From an uncultured Candidatus Peribacteria bacterium (GTDB taxonomy: Bacteria > Patescibacteriota > Gracilibacteria > Peribacterales > Peribacteraceae), in contig CAZKPW010000003.1 in NCBI GenBank assembly GCA_964554785.1, positions 98,243-162,242 of the forward strand: DNA of 64,000 bases. Direction: 5' to 3'. Under the pieces are notes generated by a model. The model searched no databases, was not told where the DNA came from, and saw nothing but the letters and a program-made list of their open reading frames with translations. The position numbers were made by a program, and so were the translations under genes. Each line of letters begins with the position of its first letter. The first letter of the stretch is position 1. Shown in pieces: positions 9,062 through 16,845 of the stretch.

Positions 9062-9496
9062 TTATACCTGTGCTTCCGCGTACCTCTTAAAGTTATCTAG
9101 AATGGACTGCCATCCCGCGCGCTGCATCTCGACCGGGTTTTCCGATTCTGGATCGAAGCTTTCAATAACATGCGTGTGATCACCATGGCCGTCGAAGGTG
9201 ACGCGTACCGTGCGTCCGTCATCCATGGTGTACCCCACTTCTTTTTGATCGATGACTGTTGTATAGGTGCCGCCAAAATCAAAGCCGACGCTGCCATCTT
9301 TGGCTTCCATGCGCGCGGTGAATGTTCCTCCTTCCCGGAGATCCACGGTTGCGGAAGGGGAGTGCCAGTCGTCCGATGCGTGGTTCCACTGCATAATGTG
9401 TTCCGGCGTATTCCAGCATTCCCACACTTTTTCGAGGGGTGCGTGGATGGTGGTTTCGATGGTGATGGGGGTTGGGTTGGACATAGAGAAAAGCAT
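9062..9496 (-). CDS. SRPBCC / AHSA1 domain protein (second paralog)
   Basis: ITIETTIHAPLEKVWECWNTPEHIMQWN..DLREGGTFTARMEAKDGS. Confidence 0.85.
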   Translation of the reverse strand: MLFSMSNPTPITIETTIHAPLEKVWECWNTPEHIMQWNHASDDWHSPSATVDLREGGTFTARMEAKDGSVGFDFGGTYTTVIDQKEVGYTMDDGRTVRVTFDGHGDHTHVIESFDPESENPVEMQRAGWQSILDNFKRYAEAQV

Positions 9497-9690
9497 AACA
9501 TAAAAACAGTGCAGTCTCTATTTTTTGATTGAGTTTTGGAGCGTGTAGCACATTCGGCTCTTGCCTCAGTACTGCGCTCCAACTCAAAAAATTGCGTCAT
9601 GTGCTTGGCGCATTCCTTATTTTTTGGTTGGAGCGGGTTACTGGAATCTATTACAACCATGATATGCCCTACTTATAGAATTAAAAATGC

Positions 9691-10272
9691 CTAATGAATA
9701 AGCTTAATCCTAATATGGGATATCTTTTTGCGTAATGAATAGCGCAATCTGGTAATTCCATCAATTACATGAAAAATCTCACTCTCTTCATCTAAACAAT
9801 ATTTAAGTGGTGGCCAATCCTGGATCGTTTCATGTCCAGAATCAATTTTCTCTGCAAGATAAACCTCCTTGCGATCATACTTGGATAGATCCATACGCTC
9901 TTTTGCAAAATCATCTAAATGAGCAGCTACATATTGCACAGGCATCATAAAAACTTTTCCCTTTTCATAATCTTGATTCATCCACGATCTTTCGGGAACT
10001 TTTCTAAAATCCTTTGGCATGTATTTTTCCCGGGGAAAGTCAGAAAAAGAAATCGTATTTATTCCACTGTTAGTAAACATGCCTGCTATTAATAACTGTG
10101 TTTCTTTCATTATTATATCTTCGTCCTCGTATTCGTCTTCATAGCGTATTAACTCTGGATATCCCATTAAGCGTAATTCTCTATATTCATTTTTAAATTT
10201 ATTGCGGGAGATATCACTAATTACCTCAACTACATCGCCAACCTCTAGCTCTGAATCTACTTTATGGATCAT
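9691..10272 (-). CDS. Hypothetical protein in an A+T-rich patch; weak ParB/Srx-like C-terminal motif
   Basis: 193-aa ORF whose DNA is visibly A+T-richer than its flanks. The C-terminus WPPLKYCLDEESEIFHVIDGITRLRYS resembles the ParB-like 'viDGhHRl' strand-helix but lacks the His pair. Confidence 0.55.
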   Translation of the reverse strand: MIHKVDSELEVGDVVEVISDISRNKFKNEYRELRLMGYPELIRYEDEYEDEDIIMKETQLLIAGMFTNSGINTISFSDFPREKYMPKDFRKVPERSWMNQDYEKGKVFMMPVQYVAAHLDDFAKERMDLSKYDRKEVYLAEKIDSGHETIQDWPPLKYCLDEESEIFHVIDGITRLRYSLRKKISHIRIKLIH

Positions 10273-10450
10273 ATTTGTTAATTTAATATTAATTTATTAT
10301 TTGTCAATTAGTGCAGACAGTTCATTCAGCTGCGGTCACATACTGCTGTAAAATGCCTAGAAACGGCAAACTTCCAAATCTCTTCCCTTTGAAGCCAGTT
10401 CTTAGTATCCTCTTGCAACGTTCTGGGGATAAAAAGCCCTTTTCACACCA

Positions 10451-10524
10451 GCGGGTATCGTACAGTGGTAGTACATCAGCCTTCCAAGCTGAGGATGCGG
10501 GTTCGATTCCCGCTACCCGCTCCA
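10451..10524 (+). tRNA. tRNA-Gly (anticodon UCC), CCA encoded
   Basis: GCGGGTA/TACCCGC acceptor, anticodon arm TCAGC-CTTCCAA-GCTGA, T-loop GGTTCGATTCC, terminal TCCA. Confidence 0.9.
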
Positions 10525-10546
10525 AAATTCCAGAGAATTTTGGAGC
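10517..10546 (+). terminator. Hairpin overlapping the tRNA-Gly 3' end
   Basis: gctccaaaattc-caga-gaattttggagc, a perfect 12-bp stem. Confidence 0.45.
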
Positions 10547-10676
10547 TTCCAAGCTCTAAAACAAGGAGCGCACCAAGCATGCGACGCTGCTTCTGGGTTG
10601 GAGGGCAATCCATGTGCTACCCACTCCAACAACATTTATTATAAAATTGCCCACCGCGTCATCGGTGGGCTGTGCA

Positions 10677-11237
10677 TCAGCTCTTGTTGGCGTCACTGCG
10701 TCGGCAGTAACCGTTCCAGCAGCTTTCTTCGATCATTGTCCGCATTGACGTTGCGGTGCGCGGGTTGAATGCTTGTGTGAGGGCAAAGCCTGACCACAAG
10801 TCATCCGCTCCAAGGGTATGGCCGATGATTCCTTTGTCTCGCCATTCCTTTTTGATTCGCTTGTTCTTCACTGGCTCCTGCTCTTCCTCGAGTAGAATGA
10901 CTGTCGCTGCGTCCGGGACAATGAAGTATCGCCAGTCGACGCTACTCACCTCTAGATCGAGGTGTGCATTCCATCCTGCTTCGAAGGCACGGGCGTAGAT
11001 TCCAATGAAGGACGCAGTCATAATGCCTCCGTTGGTCTGCTCCCAGTTCCATATCCTCTGAAGAAACTTTTGATGATTAGCTGGAGGTTCTTCCAGAAGA
11101 ATCGTCGTTGCATCTGATGGACCGCCACGGGTCTTCAGTATTCTGGCCAGATCTGCATCTGTGCCGTCGAACAGTTCCGCCGAGTCCGTGTGTTTTTGGC
11201 TCTTCGGCCAACCGTAGACAAGAATTTTGACCATCAA
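10677..11237 (-). CDS. Hypothetical protein
   Basis: 186-aa ORF with AGGAG upstream. The hairpin gcccaccg-cgtcat-cggtgggc lies just downstream (10648-10669). Confidence 0.55.
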   Translation of the reverse strand: MMVKILVYGWPKSQKHTDSAELFDGTDADLARILKTRGGPSDATTILLEEPPANHQKFLQRIWNWEQTNGGIMTASFIGIYARAFEAGWNAHLDLEVSSVDWRYFIVPDAATVILLEEEQEPVKNKRIKKEWRDKGIIGHTLGADDLWSGFALTQAFNPRTATSMRTMIEESCWNGYCRRSDANKS

Positions 11238-11316
11238 AAGACTCCTGATGAGGTAAGGGGGGGGTGAAAGAACGTTATGCTGATGCTCTTATAAAATAAA
11301 CCTTATTTAATATAAG

Positions 11317-11565
11317 TCAACTATTCGCCCGTTTCGCCATCTCCCGCCATTTCGCATCACTAATTTTTGTAAACGGATTGCAGCTCAGCACTCGTTTCAT
11401 AGCCAAGAACGACCCCACAATAGCCCCTCTCTCAGCTAATTGAATCTTCGCATACTCGGAACACGTCGGAGAATGTCTGCAATATCCATACGTATAGAGA
11501 TACTTGAGCGGACCGTGATCCGGAGACAATGTGTGCTGGTACAGTGTCACCAGTCCTATCAACAT
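11317..11565 (-). CDS. yidD: Membrane protein insertion efficiency factor YidD
   Basis: LIGLVTLYQHTLSP..CRHSPTCSEYAKIQLAERGAIVGSFLAMKRVLSCNPF is the YidD signature. The internal Met at 11565 is preferred because the 11679 start collides with the divergent gene. Confidence 0.8.
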   Translation of the reverse strand: MLIGLVTLYQHTLSPDHGPLKYLYTYGYCRHSPTCSEYAKIQLAERGAIVGSFLAMKRVLSCNPFTKISDAKWREMAKRANS

Positions 11566-11656
11566 CGAGCTTGCTCGCAGATGCCGGACATGGTGCAGGG
11601 GATTGCGCAGAAAATAAGGAAAGAAGATACTGTGGATTGTACACTTCCTTTTTCGT

Positions 11657-11905
11657 ATGAACCTGACATCTGTCGACATTCTCCACGGACTCTACATTGC
11701 CATCGGCATTATGCTGATTGTCGTGTTGTATCATGTGATTTTTATTGTGGTGGATGTACGCAAAATTATGAAGCGCGTGCAGACAGTCAGCGAGGAAGTG
11801 GAAACAGTCATTCTCAAGCCGCTCTCGATGGCGGATCAGGCGATGGCGTGGGTGACGGGGTTTTTGGAGGAGAAGTCGAAGCATCATCATAAGAAAGACG
11901 AGTAA
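11657..11905 (+). CDS. Small membrane protein (N-terminal TM plus charged tail)
   Basis: 82 aa. One clear TM helix (GLYIAIGIMLIVVLYHVIFIVV) followed by a polar region. Confidence 0.45.
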   Translation: MNLTSVDILHGLYIAIGIMLIVVLYHVIFIVVDVRKIMKRVQTVSEEVETVILKPLSMADQAMAWVTGFLEEKSKHHHKKDE

Positions 11906-12012
11906 GTTTCTGGTTTCTGGTTATTTGTTATTGGTTTATTTTGAATAAGTTAAACTCTTAACCAATAACTAGTAACCAATTACCAATAACTAGTAACTAG
12001 TAACGCGTAAAA
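11906..12012. repeat. Oligomer-repeat palindromic element, family 1 (gtttctgg.. / ..aaccaataactagtaac)
   Basis: gtttctggtttctggttatttgttattggtt ... aaccaataactagtaaccaattaccaataactagtaactagtaac. It is the reverse-complement arrangement of 29029-29175. Confidence 0.75.
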
Positions 12013-12525
12013 TCACTGAATAGACTGTTTATCAATAAACACCCGAATAAAGATTCTCTTCACCACTTCAACCGATGCCTCGAATAAGCTTGCAAGAATC
12101 GCGTTCAAGTGACGAATGCGTGCGTAGAGTTGATTCAATTTGTATGCGCCCCCCGGACGGGACATGGCGGCAATGCTCTTTGCTTGGTTTCTGAGCTTCT
12201 TTACTTCTTCGCGGATGTGTTCTTCCAATTGCTTTTGCATGACGACGGGAATCGGTAAATTTGCGATGGCTTGATCGCGTGCGGACATTCCCGTTTGTGC
12301 TTGGCCCGTTGTTGCGACTACGCCTCCCGTTCCTGCGGTACCGCTCCAGTCTCCGCTGGGTTTATCGTTGGCGTTCTCCGTAATTTGTCCGAGTCCATCC
12401 AGGAACACAGCAAGGTCCACGTTTGCGACACTGGGCTGCATGACCTTTAAAGGAGCACTTGCAGTCTCCGGTGCAGCGACAGTGAGTGATGGTGCCTTCT
12501 CTTGCGGTGTATTTACCATGTACAT
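12013..12525 (-). CDS. Hypothetical protein
   Basis: 170-aa ORF with a low-complexity N-terminal half and a helical C-terminal half. Confidence 0.55.
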   Translation of the reverse strand: MYMVNTPQEKAPSLTVAAPETASAPLKVMQPSVANVDLAVFLDGLGQITENANDKPSGDWSGTAGTGGVVATTGQAQTGMSARDQAIANLPIPVVMQKQLEEHIREEVKKLRNQAKSIAAMSRPGGAYKLNQLYARIRHLNAILASLFEASVEVVKRIFIRVFIDKQSIQ

Positions 12526-12637
12526 CTATTATGCTCTTTTTTCTTTAAAAATTCAATGAAATGGCTTATAGGTATCAAATTTGATCTCCATTTTCTTGTC
12601 ATGCATTCTTCACTGTCTGTGCTTCTGCGAGTAAACT

Positions 12638-12973
12638 TTGGATATGGCTGAAACAATTTTTCACAAAATTATTGCACGCGAGATTCCTGCAGACATTGTC
12701 TACGAAGACGATGATGTTCTTGCGTTCAAAGATATTCACCCGAAAGCTCCCACACATCTTTTGTTTGTGCCGAAGCTTTTCGTGGCATCCGTCGCGGATA
12801 TCGATGCATCGACGAAACATCTTCCCGGCCTACTTATTCTGAAAGCTCAGGCATTTGCAAAAGAAAAAGGGATCGACGGTTACAAACTGACGTATCACGT
12901 CGGGAAGGGCGGGGGACAGGAGGTGCCGTATTTGCATCTGCATTTTATGAGTCAGCAGCAGTACGAGTCCTAA
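12638..12973 (+). CDS. HIT-family (histidine triad) nucleotide hydrolase
   Basis: IFHKIIAREIPADIVYEDDDVLAFKDIHPKAPTHLL..PYLHLHFM (HxHxHxx triad). The start may be Met3 (12644). Confidence 0.85.
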   Translation: MDMAETIFHKIIAREIPADIVYEDDDVLAFKDIHPKAPTHLLFVPKLFVASVADIDASTKHLPGLLILKAQAFAKEKGIDGYKLTYHVGKGGGQEVPYLHLHFMSQQQYES

Positions 12974-13618
12974 TTATAGTCCGCGCAATACTTCTTCCGT
13001 TATTTCTTCAATGCGCTGGATTTGCTTGTCTGTCATATCCAAATTCTGATTGTAACCCTCTTTGTGGTGCAGCCCGATGCAATACATGCCCGCTGCCTTT
13101 GCAGCGAGTGCGCCGTTGCTGGAATCTTCGAGTGCTACGCAATCGGCGGGAGATATTCCCATTTGTCGTGCCGTTTCCACATAGACTGCGGGGTCCGGTT
13201 TTCCAATGCCGACATCCGCTGCCGTCACAATAGGGAAGAAGGTGTCGGTCATTTCCAAGCGTTCAAGCGTCCTTTCAATCCATCTGCGTTCTCCGGACGA
13301 TGCAATGGCTGTCGGAATATTCCAAGATTGCAGTAGGGCTACCAACTCCCGGATTCCCGGCAATAACTGCGTCAGCTCGCCATAAATTTCGTTTGTCATC
13401 GATTCCAAATACCCCAAATATTCTTCTTTGCTGAAACGCACATGAAAATCGCGAACAAGCATTTGGTAAATATCGTTAATGTTTCTGCCTTTCAATTTTC
13501 GGTCGTCTTCTTCGGTAAAGCTCGGGACGAAGGTCTGGTAGGTGGAAAGACAGAGTTTGTCCCAGTAGAGTTCGCTGTCCACTACCACGCCGTCGAAGTC
13601 GAAGATGAATGCTTTCAT
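12974..13618 (-). CDS. HAD-superfamily hydrolase (beta-phosphoglucomutase-like)
   Basis: MKAFIFDFDGVVVDSE (DxDG motif I), ..ASSG.., ..GKPDPAVY.., ..EDSSNG.. Confidence 0.85.
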   Translation of the reverse strand: MKAFIFDFDGVVVDSELYWDKLCLSTYQTFVPSFTEEDDRKLKGRNINDIYQMLVRDFHVRFSKEEYLGYLESMTNEIYGELTQLLPGIRELVALLQSWNIPTAIASSGERRWIERTLERLEMTDTFFPIVTAADVGIGKPDPAVYVETARQMGISPADCVALEDSSNGALAAKAAGMYCIGLHHKEGYNQNLDMTDKQIQRIEEITEEVLRGL

Positions 13619-13711
13619 AGTGTGAGAGGATGACTAGGAAGACGAAGAGTACTAGGAAGAGAGATGTCCGTCTATGAGCTCCTCGTCATCTTCGTCTTCT
13701 TAAGTAGTTAT

Positions 13712-13759
13712 ATGAAAATCGTAGGGGCGACGGTCGTCGAACGCCCCTACGATTTTCAT
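13712..13759 (-). terminator. Strong hairpin downstream of rpsA
   Basis: atgaaaatcgtaggggcg / cgcccctacgattttcat, an 18-bp perfect stem. Confidence 0.6.
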
Positions 13760-13776
13760 GAGTTATAAAGCGGTGA

Positions 13777-15153
13777 TTACGCAGCGTATCCTGCCGCTTC
13801 TGCCTCTTCTGAAGTCTTGAATTCTACGCGGTTCTCGTCCTTGATCTTCTTTCCTGCCGCGGAGTTTGCATCGTAGTATTTCTTGCCGTCTTTGCTGGCT
13901 ACGAAGCCCGAGACGTCTGCACCGGTCGTCTCTACGTCATCGTCGGAATCCTTGGAATCCTCGGATTCGTCGGAATCTTTCGACTTGGCTTTTGCAGCTT
14001 CCTCTTCCTCCTCTTCGCGCTTCATGCGTTCCAAGGTTTCCTTGTCGATCGGCTTCAATGCTTTGATGGACAGTCCGATGCGGCGTTCGTCGACATCAAT
14101 GTTGATGACCTGCGCTTCCACCTTCTGACCGATGGTGAGAGCCTCGCTTGGATCGGCCACTTTGTGGTGTGCAATTTCCGACAGGTGCACGAGACCGTTG
14201 ATATCTTTCTCGAGTCTGAGGAATGCGCCGTAGTCCGCAAAGCGTACAACTGTGCCGGAAACCTTTCTTCCAACAGGGTAACGCTCTGCCACTTCTTCCC
14301 AAGGATCTTTCGTGAGCTGCTTAATGGAAAGGCTGAGCTTGTCGCCGTCGACACCAATCACTTTTACGCGCACGCGGTCTCCCATTTCTGCGTATTCAGC
14401 AGGGTTCTTTACATGGCCCCATGCAATTTCAGAAATGTGGACGAGTCCTTCGAGCCCGTCGAATGTGACGAACACACCAAACTTCACAATACCGGAGATA
14501 ATACCGTCCTTCTCTGCACCGATTGCCAAACCTTCCAGCGCCTTTGAGCGCTCTTCAGCCATAGCATCACGTTCGGACACCACAATCTTTCCTGCTTCCT
14601 GGTCCATCGTCACGATCTTCACCGTGAAGGTGTGGCCAATGAACTTTGCGAGGCGGTTGATGATTTCTCCGGAGTCGGCGTTATTCACGCGCGGGTAGTT
14701 GACCGGAGCCAACTGGGAAACCGGGAGGAAGGCGCGGATACCGTCGATGTTGGCAATAAGTCCGCCCTTGTTTGCTTCCTGAGCTTGGAATTTCATCGTG
14801 CGCTCTCCTTCAATGAGCTTGTGGAAACGATCCCATGCCTTGCGCTGGGACGCCATACGGAGGCTCAGAACGACGAGTCCTTCATTGTTTTCATCTTCCA
14901 GAACGAGTGCGCCGACAGTATCGCCAACGCCAAGGTCCTTGAAGGTGTTAAAAGAATCGCGGAGTTCGCGGCCGGAGATAATACCGGTTGCGACTCCCTG
15001 GATATCGAGGAGGAGTTTGTTCTTCCCGCGGAAGACCACAATACCTTCAACGAGTTCACCCGGACGCGGACGGAAAATAGGTGGAGACAGCTCCATAAGT
15101 TCTTCCATCAGCTTGTTTACCGGCTTTTCGACGAGAGCAGTTTTTTTGGACAT
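13777..15153 (-). CDS. rpsA: 30S ribosomal protein S1 with an acidic linker and a 'sunset'-like C-terminal tail
   Basis: 458 aa with repeated S1 modules (GELVEGIVV.., GHTFTVKIV.., GIISGIVKFGVFV.., KVSGTVVRFADYGAFL..). The tail is ASKDGKKYYDANSAAGKKIKDENRVEFKTSEEAEAAGY. Confidence 0.9.
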   Translation of the reverse strand: MSKKTALVEKPVNKLMEELMELSPPIFRPRPGELVEGIVVFRGKNKLLLDIQGVATGIISGRELRDSFNTFKDLGVGDTVGALVLEDENNEGLVVLSLRMASQRKAWDRFHKLIEGERTMKFQAQEANKGGLIANIDGIRAFLPVSQLAPVNYPRVNNADSGEIINRLAKFIGHTFTVKIVTMDQEAGKIVVSERDAMAEERSKALEGLAIGAEKDGIISGIVKFGVFVTFDGLEGLVHISEIAWGHVKNPAEYAEMGDRVRVKVIGVDGDKLSLSIKQLTKDPWEEVAERYPVGRKVSGTVVRFADYGAFLRLEKDINGLVHLSEIAHHKVADPSEALTIGQKVEAQVINIDVDERRIGLSIKALKPIDKETLERMKREEEEEEAAKAKSKDSDESEDSKDSDDDVETTGADVSGFVASKDGKKYYDANSAAGKKIKDENRVEFKTSEEAEAAGYAA

Positions 15154-15369
15154 AAAAACGATGGTGCAAGGGGAGGGGGTAAAAGGAGCCGTCCTTCGAC
15201 AGGCTCAGGATGTGGCGCTCTTGCACGAGCAGCGTCAAATCGGCCGACAGTATGCTTATGTGAAGGGGATTTGTCAAATAGCCCGCTTGGGGATGGGTTT
15301 AAAGGTTTAAAAGTTTAAAGGTTGGAAGGATAACTTTTACACTTTGAAACATTCCAACTTTCAAACCTC

Positions 15370-16086
15370 TTAAAGGGCTGTAGCCTCCAGTCCCAAATCG
15401 TCCATACTCTTCGGAATTTTCTGGTTCTGGCTCGTTTTGGGGTTATATGTCTGGTACAGCATCTCAATAAGGTCACGCGTTTCCAGGCGTTTTACATGGA
15501 GACCGATGTTTGTAAGGCCGGACGAAATCAACTCGACGCGTTCGTTGAGCTTTCCTGCTGCCGAGGTGAATTCATGACTGCGGACGCTGGCTTTGGCCGC
15601 GGTATCGTCGGGGTGCAGCCAGTCGAAGAACTGCTCAAAGATGGTTTTGCGACGATCTGTGTGATCAATAGGGATAATCACATAGAAACGCTTCTGCATA
15701 ATGTCTGCCATTTCAATCAACTTCTGCATGAAGGACACATACGAGAGCGTTTGATCGCGGAGCAGGGAATTTTCGTGTTTTTCTCCAATGCTTCTGACCT
15801 CTGCCAAATATTCATCAATGTTTGTGCGTGTGGAACGGATGACAATTTGCAGCGGGAAGGTGAGCGTATTTACGAAGGCGCCATAACCGGCAATAATTCC
15901 CTGTTGTTCGGTTTCACTCTTGAGGTTGAAGTTCAATGCTTCAATGGCAAGTACGGCACGCATTCCGCCGTTTTTGAGGACGATCGTATTGTTGCGCACT
16001 TCTGCAACGGGAAGCGCACGCTGCGTGGAGAGCTTTTTCCACTCTTTGCGGTTTCGCACGGTGCTTTTGGCGGGCTTGTCTGCCAT
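15370..16086 (-). CDS. Stand-alone VirB4/TraE N-terminal-domain-like protein
   Basis: LPVAEVRNNTIVLKNGGMRAVLAIEALNFNLKSETEQQGIIAGYGAFVNTLTFPLQIVIRS resembles the N-terminal region of Gram-positive VirB4-type ATPases. No Walker motifs. It lies directly after the PrgI-like gene. Confidence 0.6.
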   Translation of the reverse strand: MADKPAKSTVRNRKEWKKLSTQRALPVAEVRNNTIVLKNGGMRAVLAIEALNFNLKSETEQQGIIAGYGAFVNTLTFPLQIVIRSTRTNIDEYLAEVRSIGEKHENSLLRDQTLSYVSFMQKLIEMADIMQKRFYVIIPIDHTDRRKTIFEQFFDWLHPDDTAAKASVRSHEFTSAAGKLNERVELISSGLTNIGLHVKRLETRDLIEMLYQTYNPKTSQNQKIPKSMDDLGLEATAL

Positions 16087-16091
16087 AGTCT

Positions 16092-16757
16092 TTAAGCGGG
16101 GGAGATATCGCGGAAAATAGAAACAGAGCCGTTTCGCGGTGCGACGCCGTCTACAGTCGCTCCGGCGATGGGGCTGGCAACAATGCGTGCCGGATTGACC
16201 GGATGACGGATGACGTTCGGGTTATCGTTCATCAGATTTATTTCATCATCGTCCATCGGTTCGTCATTCATAGGACCTTTATCTTCCACGTACGGTTTTT
16301 CAATTTTAATGTCTGGAACGCCCGGCACTTTCTGATCCAACATGCTGCTGAGTTCATCAAATTTTTCCATTTTCTTTGCAACCACCACTCCGTGCGGAGC
16401 CTGCTTGTCTTCCGGAACGGTGTGGAATGTACGGACATTGATAATAATGCCACGGCGCGGTGTCCATGTACGTGTTGCCGGCTTATTAATACGCTCTAGG
16501 AAAAGCAGCACAAGACGCATCATGCTTAAGTCATTAATGCGCACGAATGCAAAAATGATTGATATGACTGCGGGCAACCACACGAGTAACTGAAGAGGGA
16601 GTGCGATGGTTCCGTATGTTTTGCTGATGGATGCGAACATTGCGTAACTGAAACCACCACCCACCGCCACAATGAGCACTTGTTTCAGCGTCAGGGGACC
16701 GACAATGCGGTCCTCAATGTAGACGTTCTGCGGAATTTTGATGGGTTCAATCGGCAT
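16092..16757 (-). CDS. PrgI-family (VirB3-like) membrane protein
   Basis: MPIEPIKIPQNVYIEDRIVGPLTLKQVLIVAVGGGFSYAMF.. followed by a second TM helix gives the PrgI-type N-terminus. It also has a long acidic C-terminal extension. Confidence 0.65.
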   Translation of the reverse strand: MPIEPIKIPQNVYIEDRIVGPLTLKQVLIVAVGGGFSYAMFASISKTYGTIALPLQLLVWLPAVISIIFAFVRINDLSMMRLVLLFLERINKPATRTWTPRRGIIINVRTFHTVPEDKQAPHGVVVAKKMEKFDELSSMLDQKVPGVPDIKIEKPYVEDKGPMNDEPMDDDEINLMNDNPNVIRHPVNPARIVASPIAGATVDGVAPRNGSVSIFRDISPA

Positions 16758-16793
16758 GAATGTGTGTGTCAGGAAATCTGTTTAGTATAGCAG

Positions 16794-16837
16794 AAAACGG
16801 GGCTTCGGACCAGTCCTTGGTCAGAGAACCCCGTTTT
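16794..16837 (-). terminator. Hairpin downstream of clpC
   Basis: aaaacgggg...ccccgtttt with an inner gacca/tggtc pairing. Confidence 0.5.
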
Positions 16838-16845
16838 AACGCATT

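Noticed and set aside
10311-10559. 82-aa and 76-aa ORFs on both strands
   Set aside because: Both overlap tRNA-Gly(UCC) and its hairpin.
11906-12012. Possible CRISPR array (periodic short repeats here and at 29029-29175, 24615-24748, 41391-41536)
   Set aside because: The units are 7-17 nt oligomers without unique spacers, arranged as inverted arms. No cas genes are present.
14632-15318. 228-aa and 170-aa plus-strand ORFs over rpsA and its leader
   Set aside because: They are antisense to S1. Their 3' parts read through a repeat motif (..LRQAQDVALL..) typical of spurious ORFs.
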